Source: Porphyridium purpureum (Eukaryota). From it: a stretch of 64,000 nt of DNA. Location of the stretch: contig VRMN01000003.1 in assembly GCA_008690995.1 (NCBI GenBank), positions 434,001 to 498,000 of the forward strand, given 5' to 3'. A model generated the notes under the pieces. That model did no database searches and had not been told where the DNA came from. It worked only from the letters and a program-made list of their open reading frames with translations. Shown in pieces: positions 51,582-60,722 of this stretch (positions are counted from its first letter, which is position 1; the number at the start of each line of letters is the position of its first letter). Both the position numbers and the translations under genes were made by a program.

Positions 51582-53331
51582 TTTCGCGTCCACTTTTGCT
51601 GCTTCGAACCTTGTCACTTTGTGGTAGTCTCTCTTCGCACACACCCCGTGTAAAAATCGCTTGTGCTCTTGGCGCCTCTGTCTTTCCCCAATCTCCTCAC
51701 GATGCCGTAACCAGTAGGTGCGTGGCGCGCTCTTATACTACGCGCGCACGCGCAACCCGTCGTTGTTTACGTGCGAAACTGGGCGGGTGCAAGCCAGCGA
51801 GCCACTCCAAGACCTGGAAGGGGCCGCACGCTAAGCAAGCGAACAACTCGCCATTTTGCTGACGGAGCGCGTACCGCATTGCGCAAACTGACCCATTTCG
51901 ACGCCAAAAAACGCTTCCGCCGTTCGCGGGATTTCTGTCGCACGTCCCACCGATGGCTCGATGATTGCTTAGTGTACACGCCGCACACGTTCCATCCGGC
52001 CCGCTCACCGTGTGCGCTGGCGGGTGAGTGAGGGAGAGAGAGAGAGAGGACAAAGCGCGAGCGTGTAACGTGATTTGTCACACGTGTGGGGTGAGAAATC
52101 CCGTCCTTTTCTCGCTTTGCGTGATTTTCGCGTCGCCGCGCCGCACATGCCTGTCGAATTCGAAGACACCGAGCCTGTGGTGTAACAACATCCCCCTTCC
52201 ATCCCACCGGCCTCCGCGAACAGACACTACGCTCCAGCAACGCGGCGGGCTCGTATTTTTTTCGGGGGCGGTGGGGTGGCCTAGCAGAAATCAAACGATT
52301 TGGCAAGTAGACGTGGAGCGAGAGGCGGAGAAAGCCATGGTATGGCTCAATGCAGCAGCAACCCCACCGGCACGTTTGCGTCGCTGGTAGTGTTGTTGAT
52401 CTGGAGCGCGAGCCACAACAGCGGCTGCGTTCCAGGAGGGAAGAATTCCATGCTGTGGCTGACACCGCACCAGCGTTTGAAGATGGTGATGGCGATGGTG
52501 ATGATGATGCGGAAGTCAGTCAGCAGATCGTGCGACGGAAATGCCGCACGGAATGGCGGAGGAGCGCTTCGATTCTATTTTGTGTCGGTTGGTCTTTTTT
52601 TAGAAGATTGATTGGAAGCGGATTTTTGAAAAAACGCGCGCGGTGGCGTGAGCGACGTGTAAGATTATTCCACTCTCGCCATACTCGCCTCCTGGTGTTC
52701 GACGGCTCCACGAGCGGTCGCGTCAACGCTCGTCGTGTCACCGACATGGCACAACCTAGTGTGAGCGTCGTGACGGGCGAAATTCCCTTTTTAAAATTGA
52801 AGTAAAGGCGCATTCGGAAAATAACCCTGGCTCAGCATCCAACATCAGACATCTCACGAGAATGATATTTTCGGATTCAACGGGCAGTTGATTCTGCCAT
52901 TCTCAGCCGAGGGTAACGCCCGAGCCTACCATAAAGACAGCAATCGCATGCCGCATACTCTTCTGTCGGCCGTGGGATAAGAGACTAATTAGTAGTACGA
53001 CGAACTACGCCACTCGAACGACCAACCCTCACTTGTTTCGTACGCAGGAGCTTGCCTGGTTCGCTTCGCACTAGGCTGCGCACAGGAAAATTGAGCGCCA
53101 AACGCTCTTCCGCGGGCTAGGAGCGCGAGATACTAGCGAGTGAAATTCGCATCAACTGGTCTTTTTCTCGTTCACTCTGCGCCAGGACAGGTTTTGCGTT
53201 GTCTCTGCTTGTCGCACCGTGCTTGTGATGCTACAAACACTCGCCCTCCTCTCGCAAGGTCTGTTTCTCGTATCCCTAAACATCGCCGTTGCGGCCCATC
53301 GTTCGCACGATCGCGCACGCAGGAATGTGAA

Positions 53332-54447
53332 TCAGAAAACCAGATAGTCCCTCACTTTTAGAACCATCTTTCCGGCATTCTGGTTGGCTCGCATTTTGTC
53401 GTGCGCCAAGGCGACATCCTCCAGGTTGTACGACGAATCGATTCGTGGGTGTGAGAGGACACCTAGGGAAAACAGCGGAGCGACCTCCGCGTACATGTCG
53501 CGCACCAATTCGGTTTTGTACGCATCGCTGCGCGATCGCAGAGTAGTCCACATAATCGTGATCCTTTTTTCCAGCATGGGAGCGATTGAGACACGCGACG
53601 CCAGTCGGACCGTGCCCAGCGAACCGTACATCACCCATCGCGCGTCCACGCTGGCCACTTTCTGCAGCAAGTTGAATGAGGAACCCCCGACGCAGTCCAA
53701 GATGACGCTAAAGAAGGAATTATACTGGGTCTCCATGTATTTTCGGTACGCTTCCTCTGGAAGGTAGCCAACGACAGTGGTTGCGCCCGCTGCCGCTGGA
53801 TAGGCAACTTTGCTGTTACTGCAGACCCCCACCACGGTCTCACACTTGCACAATTTTCTGCATAGCTCGATTGCGGCCAGTCCGACACTGCTACTCGCGG
53901 CCAGCACGAGCACACGGTCGTCAGGCTGGACGTTGGCCAACTTTCTCACGAGCTGGTATGCGGTGGTGTACGCCTCTGGAATCGCGGCCGCGAGCTGGAA
54001 CTTTTGGTCGTCGTTTTCCAGGTCTCTGAAACGAGGGATCGGAAGCACGTGGTTCGCACACACGCTCACAAATTCAGCATAGGCACCGCCGTCCACTAGC
54101 GCCATCACGTCGCTCCCGACCGGCGGCACCAGTGCGTCGGGCGTCTCGTTTCCTAAGGCCACGAGTTCGCCCGACACTTCGAGGCCCAGCCGATCGCATG
54201 CATGTGCGGGCGGTGGATACTTCATGTCTCTCTGCATAATATCGGCGCGATTCACGCCGGCGTACTTGACCCATATGATGGCGCGGTCCGATGCCGATGC
54301 CGACGCCTCGGTGCCCGGCGGAATGAACTCGTTCAGCTTGGGCACTGGTATTTTGGAGCTGACCCAAATATCTTCTGGCCTATGTCTAAACAACACGCCG
54401 CGCATGCGCGACGGCAGAAGCCGGTTTGCAATCGAAAAGCTGCTCAT
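53332..54447 (-). CDS. NAD(P)H:quinone oxidoreductase, PIG3/zeta-crystallin MDR family
   Basis: GVNRADIMQR..YPPP, LGLEVSG, GGAYAE, AAAIPEAYTTAYQL, TTLRSRSDAYK and AHDKMRANQNAGKMVL. Confidence 0.92.
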   Translation of the reverse strand: MSSFSIANRLLPSRMRGVLFRHRPEDIWVSSKIPVPKLNEFIPPGTEASASASDRAIIWVKYAGVNRADIMQRDMKYPPPAHACDRLGLEVSGELVALGNETPDALVPPVGSDVMALVDGGAYAEFVSVCANHVLPIPRFRDLENDDQKFQLAAAIPEAYTTAYQLVRKLANVQPDDRVLVLAASSSVGLAAIELCRKLCKCETVVGVCSNSKVAYPAAAGATTVVGYLPEEAYRKYMETQYNSFFSVILDCVGGSSFNLLQKVASVDARWVMYGSLGTVRLASRVSIAPMLEKRITIMWTTLRSRSDAYKTELVRDMYAEVAPLFSLGVLSHPRIDSSYNLEDVALAHDKMRANQNAGKMVLKVRDYLVF

Positions 54448-55347
54448 TCCCACTAGATCCGATCACTGCGTGATCACTGGCCGATCATTCACCTGGCTTT
54501 CGCCGACTCCCTCGTCCCACACTGCCCGCGTTTTCCGCCCGGGTCTAAATTTGTCGTGACGTACACTAGCTGTACTTCTACAAACCAAGTACAGCTCCTC
54601 AAATTCTGAGTACAGTATCGAACCCCCCCCTGCTTTCACGCGTGCGGAAATTGTTTCCCGAAGTGGCAACGCTTGGCGCGAGATAGAGACACGCAGGCCC
54701 ACGCGCCATGTCAACGATGCCTGACATGTTGGCCAGCTGGGAGATTGCGGCGCCTGTGCCAGTGTAATGATGGACGCGACGCAGCCAACGCGACAAATCC
54801 GGCGCGCGGTGTGCGCGCATGCATCCAAAAAAAGTCTGAGCACACACTTGCGCATACTGGGCTACTGATTTGTCGTCTCGCGGTAGCCAGTCATGTTGGC
54901 GCGCATGTGCATCTCGATCCGGGATCCATGCGGCGCACGCGCGATGCTGGCGAAGGTCAGAGCATTGCGGGTTGGCCACTTTGGGGGCCTTTCGTTGAAG
55001 GACTCGCATGTGCTGGAAAGTGGCGACCCGTCGCGGTCAAAATGCCTGGACACTCGTCTTGCCGGATGTTGCCGGACGCGGCATCTCGGGTGCTTGCACT
55101 GGGACAAGTGCTTTCAAGGTGAGATCTCACTGGCGCGAGGTGTTATTTAAGCGAGGCGAGCGCGACGTGCTTCGTCTTTTCCCGGCTCGTGGGTTCGACG
55201 CACATCTCACAAAGCAAGTTGGGGCAGAGCAAGAATCACAAGGTGGGAGCAGAGGGAGGTTTGCTGCGCTGTGATCACGTGCATACCAGAGAGACGGTCA
55301 ATTGCAGGCCAAGCGACGTCCTGGTGTAGCGATCTGCAATCGACGCC

Positions 55348-57144
55348 ATGGCTCGCACGCCGAAGGGATGGGTGGTAAATGTACATCAACGTGTGCTCTT
55401 GGTATGTGCACTGGCTGTTGTTCTTGCGGCATCGATCGACGGAGCTGTTGTGCGACTGAAGAACGAGCCGACCTTCACGAGCATGGTTCTCCGGCATATG
55501 GAGCTTCCGCCGAATATTCCCGACGAGTTCCGAGGCTGTGTGGAAGCGCTCCACGATTCATGTGGAGCCATCGCGATTGAATCGACATGTGCTGATTGCA
55601 TGATGGTCAATCGCAAAGAGCGTGGACCTCTTCATCACGAAATGCCTTCGCGCACGCGTCATCGCGAGGGCCGCGGACGCGCTGGGTCGGACGACGAAAG
55701 CGGCAACGACAGCGAAAGTGGTGAGGAAAGCCAACTTGAGTTTGGAGGCGAATGTCCCGCGGCGTGCTGCGACAAAGTGGATCTCGTCTATACTTGTGCC
55801 ATGTCGATGCTTGATTCAGACGTGTGCAGCAGTGAGACTTCTCGCGCGATGGTGACAACGAGACCGTTCCGTCGCCTTGGTAAGGCACATGACAGGTGTG
55901 AAAATGCCAGTGATGACGGTACCGATACGGAAGTACCAGAGTCGACAGAGGAAAGCTTGATGGACGGTACCGGTGATATTGCTTCGACAGTGCAACCGGG
56001 ACTCAGTGAATCGACTCCAGCGTTTGGCGGCATCGAGGCAAGCGAGCAGTCGGACGCGGAGGAAACGAACTCAAAGGACGTGAAGTCGTCTGCATTGGCA
56101 GAAGCGACGGCAGATTCGGATCAGTCCACAGCCTCCGGCGACGCTTCGAATTCTGACGGTGAAAAGAACGATGGAAGTCGAAACTCTGACGATGAAGAGA
56201 ACGATGGAAGTCGAAACTCTGACGGTGAAGAGAACGATGAAAAGTCAAACTCTGACGTTGAAAAGAACGATGGAAGTCGAAACTCTGACGATGAAGAGAA
56301 CGATGGAAGTCGAAACTCTGACGGTGAAGAGAACGATGAAAAGTCAAACTCTGACGTTGAAGAGAACGATGGAAATCCAAATTCTGACGATGAAGAGAAC
56401 GATGAAAATCCAAACTCTGACGTTGAAGAGAACGATGGAAATCCAAATTCTAACGATGAAGAGAACGATGAAAATCCAAACTCTGACGGTGAAGGGAGTG
56501 GCGAAAATTCGGACTCTCTTGCCGAGGCCATCGGGACGGGGGATGTACCGTTGCAGAACGACGTCACTGACGGGGGAAATTCCTCAAACTGCTTTGCAGC
56601 AGATGCCCGTGTCCGTCTGGAGTCTGGTGCTTTAACTCGCATGGACGAACTGAAAGTTGGAGATCGTGTGTGGATCGGAGGTGACCAGTTCAGTGATGTC
56701 TACTTTTTCGGTCACGCTGACAGGAACTCTGTCTCCCGAGACTTTGTCTCAATCCAGCTTGAGTCTGGCGCAACTGTAGAACTGACGAAGGATCATCTCG
56801 TGCGCGACGCTAGAGGTGGTCGATACGTCGCGGCGCAGCACGTACGTGTCGGTGATTCTTTGTACGACGCGGTGCATGGTATCTCGCATGTTGTACATGT
56901 GCAGCACAACCTGGAGAAGCGCGGGCTTTTCAACCCTCACACAATGCACGGGGATATCGTCGTTGGGAATGTGCTGGTATCTTCGTTCACTACTGCTGTC
57001 AATCCTTTCCTGGCACACATTCTGTTGCTTCCAGAACGACTCGCCTACTTGGTCGGGACGAGGGCGTACGGAAAGATGCTGGAGGCCCAGACTCCTGCGG
57101 TTCTTGTGAGCTTGAAAAACCAGCTGGCCGTGAGCACTCTCTGA
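55348..57144 (+). CDS. secreted Cys-rich/acidic-repeat protein with C-terminal Hint (Hedgehog/intein) autoprocessing domain
   Basis: Signal peptide VLLVCALAVVLAAS. Hint domain starts at N|CFAADARV (Cys codon 56590) and includes MDELKVGDRV, LTKDHLV, VRVGD and GLFNPHTMHGDIVVGNVLVSSF, followed by a hydrophobic SRR-like tail. Confidence 0.92.
   Translation: MARTPKGWVVNVHQRVLLVCALAVVLAASIDGAVVRLKNEPTFTSMVLRHMELPPNIPDEFRGCVEALHDSCGAIAIESTCADCMMVNRKERGPLHHEMPSRTRHREGRGRAGSDDESGNDSESGEESQLEFGGECPAACCDKVDLVYTCAMSMLDSDVCSSETSRAMVTTRPFRRLGKAHDRCENASDDGTDTEVPESTEESLMDGTGDIASTVQPGLSESTPAFGGIEASEQSDAEETNSKDVKSSALAEATADSDQSTASGDASNSDGEKNDGSRNSDDEENDGSRNSDGEENDEKSNSDVEKNDGSRNSDDEENDGSRNSDGEENDEKSNSDVEENDGNPNSDDEENDENPNSDVEENDGNPNSNDEENDENPNSDGEGSGENSDSLAEAIGTGDVPLQNDVTDGGNSSNCFAADARVRLESGALTRMDELKVGDRVWIGGDQFSDVYFFGHADRNSVSRDFVSIQLESGATVELTKDHLVRDARGGRYVAAQHVRVGDSLYDAVHGISHVVHVQHNLEKRGLFNPHTMHGDIVVGNVLVSSFTTAVNPFLAHILLLPERLAYLVGTRAYGKMLEAQTPAVLVSLKNQLAVSTL
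56149..56493 (+). repeat. coding tandem repeat, 33-bp unit (NSDxEENDxxx), 10 full copies plus a partial copy
   Basis: Units such as aactctgacgatgaagagaacgatggaagtcga, read directly from the sequence. Confidence 0.95.
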
Positions 57145-57346
57145 GTGTGCTTCAAAACTGCACGGCAAGTAGACGTGTGTGCGCCTTTATTTTCTTTTAT
57201 CACCCTTTCTCTTTTTATCTCCCTTTACTCTTCCGTGCATTTGGCAAAGTTCGGGACAAATTAATAGTGGTTGTCACTTGTTAGAAGCATTACAGGGTCC
57301 TTCTTGTGCAAGATCAGCCATCCAACAAGGTACGAGCTCCGATTCA

Positions 57347-58258
57347 CTACTCTTTCTTATCTTCCTTTCTCGTCTTCTTTGTGGACGAGGATGAACCAGT
57401 CACAGCCCTCCCCGCGCGGCGGCTCGCTGGCTCTCGGTCTCCTGCTGGACCCCTCCATTCGCGCTTGCGCCAGTTATGGAACCAAGTCTTGACTTGCTTG
57501 AAGTCCAAATCGGTTGCTGCAACCAACATGTTGACCTCTTCATCCGTCGGATACGGATATTCGATATGAGCTTCGGCCCATTTCTTCAGTTCCATCCTAG
57601 AATCGTCCTGGGTGACTCTGCCGACGACCTGTGCCGATGCGAGGTCTCTGATCGCATCATGGAACCTTTCGCGAAGCTCCTGGTTTTGCCTTCGATCGTC
57701 AGACGAATCTAGACCGACGTCGGCGGAAACCGGTACAAGTTCGCGCGCTGATTCTAACATCACCTGTTTGCATTCCTCCTCGCATTGCCTCATGAGGTGA
57801 TCGAGCCTGTTCTTGTAGCTTTCGATCAAAGATATGTACGTGTGAAACCACTCGTCCGAGCTTCCAGGAGGGCTAGGAGCAGGAGGACCTGTGTAAGACC
57901 CTGGAGCGGGTGCTTCGACCATGCCAACAGCACTTCCGGCAGCTTCGTCCACAGTGAAAGGAACTGCGTCTGCGTACGCAGACCCCGTGCCACCGAACGC
58001 GTCTTCATCGCGACCATCTGTCGCCGTGAAGGTGGCCGAAGGTCCACTTCTAGGATTCACGGCAGCAAAAATTGTTTCTCGTGCTTCGTCATGCGCGTCC
58101 TCCGGGAGGATTCGCTCTCCAAGTGAAGCTGCACTTACGCCGGGTTGAGACATCTCGAAAGCAGTTCTGGAGTTGCTTGCTCTCGTGTACGATGCCTCTA
58201 CTGCTCCAGTTGAGCCTTTCTCTGCGCTCACTGTGCTTTCGCTTGACGTTGGAGGCAT
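57347..58258 (-). CDS. TALE-class homeobox transcription factor, KNOX-like
   Basis: Homeodomain LKKWAEAHIEYPYPTDEEVNMLVAATDLDFKQVKTWFHNWRKREW contains the TALE PYP. Upstream are KNOX2-like DEWFHTYISLIESYKNRL and ELK-like ELRERFHDAIRDL. Confidence 0.88.
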   Translation of the reverse strand: MPPTSSESTVSAEKGSTGAVEASYTRASNSRTAFEMSQPGVSAASLGERILPEDAHDEARETIFAAVNPRSGPSATFTATDGRDEDAFGGTGSAYADAVPFTVDEAAGSAVGMVEAPAPGSYTGPPAPSPPGSSDEWFHTYISLIESYKNRLDHLMRQCEEECKQVMLESARELVPVSADVGLDSSDDRRQNQELRERFHDAIRDLASAQVVGRVTQDDSRMELKKWAEAHIEYPYPTDEEVNMLVAATDLDFKQVKTWFHNWRKREWRGPAGDREPASRRAGRAVTGSSSSTKKTRKEDKKE

Positions 58259-59567
58259 CGCGGCATCAAACGCAGGTTGTTACCACCAGACAAGCCAAGT
58301 TCCGGTCTCTCTCATACCAGGGGGCGAAGGCAAAAGGTCTTCTTAGAGGTACCTGAGTTTCAACAACGATACGAGGCAAGCCCAGTCTTCGTGTGGAAGT
58401 CAGCCCCTGCTCTCTTCGAGGTCCTCCGGCGTTCTTTGTTGCCGCTTTCGACTTGTCTCGTGTCGACTAGTCAAGCTACTCAGCTCGAATGATCGAAAAC
58501 TGGCTCAAAGCCGTAAATGGAGACGGAGCCATGTGGAAGTCCCATCAATGAGTTTATGCAGCTGGTGAACATTCGCCAGCACGCGGGACCGTTTCAGACG
58601 AAGCTCTCGACATCAGACACGCCAAACTTGAAGGAGTGTCCATACTGGTGTCACCCAAGCTCGAAGTATCCGTGAGACCGCGTTTCATGGAGTCCGCGTC
58701 TTCGAAATCTGCGGCACATTCAGACCCGTGCTTTCTCTGACCTCGGCGTTCTTTGCCATCATTATCTTTCACCAACTGTGGAAGTAGCTTTTGTCCCGTC
58801 TGAACCACGCCATTTGCTTGTGGCAAAACAAGGGGCGGGAGCTACGCTTCAAAACACGTTCAATCGCGATGTCACGCCGCGGTGCGTAGACGCATTGTGC
58901 CAGCCTCTGGAAACGCATCACGCTACAACATTGTTCAATCTCCGCTGTGCGCTTCGCTCGTCCGTTCCATCACACTCGACATCATCTGACTCGAAACCAA
59001 GTTTACGTCCGGCCCTGAAGAAGGTACTTTTTGTAGTCAGTGCAGCATTTCCGGAGATTTGGGCCGCAATTGCTGTGCTTGCCAAGCTGCACATTGCACG
59101 ATTAGGATGCGAGAACTTGGCGGGGACTCGATGTGACTTCCACGAACGGAGGCATCCTTCACCAACGAGCGAACGCACGTACGGAGACTTTGCATCTGTT
59201 GCTTCGTTGGCGGGATGAAACGAGACGCCGAATCGTCGGTAAAAATAACCAGTTTAATAGGAGAACAAACTATTGGTGGAAGAGAGGTGGTTCGACGTCT
59301 GAGCTCTTCTACGGCAGAGGCCTCATCGTCGGACAAAATGCGACATATGCAGTCGCACGCAGCGCATGGGCATGCTGAAGAAACACTCCTCCGCATTTGC
59401 GAAACAACCCTCGCACTCAGCTCACTAGATGGGAACAAAGGGGGAACGTCATGCCAGAGGCCATCAACCTGTACCGTTTTGCATTCATGCATGGGCATAA
59501 AAAGCCACCTCTCTCAGCAAAAAAAAAAAAAAAAAGGGATGTTGTTGGTCGGTTTGCAGCCAGCCTT

Positions 59568-60722
59568 TTAGGCTTCTGCTTCCTTTTCTCTGTTCTCAGT
59601 TGCCTCGAGGTTCATTTGAAGAACTTTGCGACTCAGATCAGCATGGTCTTGCTCAATTTGTTCTTCGAGAATGGAAGTCCACAAACTGGCAATTTCAGCA
59701 CGCAGCCTCATGATTTCTTTCGACAATCCAAGTGGTTCGGTGAAGCACGGCTCCTCCTCGCCGGGCTTGCAGCTCATGATCGGCGGTTCCAACATCATCT
59801 TCCACACGAAATCACGAGCGACGCGGAACCTTGGCACGGCGTCGTCCAAAAAATAGGCGCCTTCCTTTTCCAAAAACTTGGCCAGCCATTTACGGTGCGC
59901 GTCATTTTCGCCTGTTTTCATGTACTGCTTCACCGCGCAATACGTGGTCATACGGTCCAAGAGGTCTGCGGTACTAGACCGCATCGCATCGTGCGGAAGA
60001 GGGTCAAAATCGTGTGTGAAAACCTTTTGCAGCTCATCCTTGCTCTGCTTGTGGAACTCGACAAGATACTGTTGGCGGAGCAGCTCGTTCTCGCGCGGAA
60101 TGACCTTGAGATCCTCTGCACATTCTTTGCTCGTCTGTGCACGCACGTCCATCAGCAAACGTGCCACCTTGGCGGGATTGACCTCCTCGGTGTACTCAAA
60201 GTACTTTTGCTCGATATAAGGATTGCCAGGTGAACCCTGTCTGCGCATCGGCTTGCGAATGACGAGTTCCGTGACCTCGGCTTTCAACATGGACTCCAGG
60301 TACTCGTTCCACGGTATCTTCATTCCGCGAAAGCCGTGATACTTTCCTACGCCCTTCTGACCCGCAAAGTTCTCCAAGAAGCGTGCCCCGGTGCCATTGC
60401 CCATTTCAGTCTGGTACACCAGCAGCGTTTGAATGGCGCGCTGCAATGTGAAGTCTTTGATCAGCAGCTCTGGGTGGAACGCGCTAAACTTTGGGTAGAA
60501 CGCAGACGACCCGCCAACCGCGGTAATGACACGCGCGCGCCTGAGACCCACAGAGCGGGCACGATGGCTTGGAGCCGCGAGTCGTCGTCCAGAACTCGCC
60601 AATCCGGAGCAACTGCGGATCAAGGCGTTCTCTGAGGGGGCAAGTATCTGACACCGCTTGCACTTCTGAGCCGAAACAGCCCGGACCGGCTGCGCCGCTA
60701 CAAATCCCGTGCAGGCCTCCAT
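59568..60722 (-). CDS. plastid-targeted protein with two tandem RbcX-like helical modules
   Basis: Transit-peptide-like MEACTGFVAAQPV... leader and two internally similar helical modules (see findings). The CDS itself is well supported; the RbcX-like call is by eye. Confidence 0.7.
   Translation of the reverse strand: MEACTGFVAAQPVRAVSAQKCKRCQILAPSENALIRSCSGLASSGRRLAAPSHRARSVGLRRARVITAVGGSSAFYPKFSAFHPELLIKDFTLQRAIQTLLVYQTEMGNGTGARFLENFAGQKGVGKYHGFRGMKIPWNEYLESMLKAEVTELVIRKPMRRQGSPGNPYIEQKYFEYTEEVNPAKVARLLMDVRAQTSKECAEDLKVIPRENELLRQQYLVEFHKQSKDELQKVFTHDFDPLPHDAMRSSTADLLDRMTTYCAVKQYMKTGENDAHRKWLAKFLEKEGAYFLDDAVPRFRVARDFVWKMMLEPPIMSCKPGEEEPCFTEPLGLSKEIMRLRAEIASLWTSILEEQIEQDHADLSRKVLQMNLEATENREKEAEA

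Noticed and set aside
51650..53300. Possible ncRNA or gene in the long region upstream of the cyclin
   Set aside because: Only short GA and GAT tracts are visible; I could not support any tRNA, snRNA or snoRNA signature or a credible CDS.
56003..56642. Repetitive alternative-frame ORFs (MKRTMEVETLT..., DFHRSLHRQS...) and the possibility of a CRISPR array
   Set aside because: These are by-products of the stop-free 33-bp coding repeat. There are no unique spacers and no cas genes, and the context is eukaryotic.
56590..57000. Hint domain as a mobile intein
   Set aside because: It lacks a C-terminal His-Asn|Cys/Ser/Thr splice junction and a homing endonuclease; the architecture is Hog-type.
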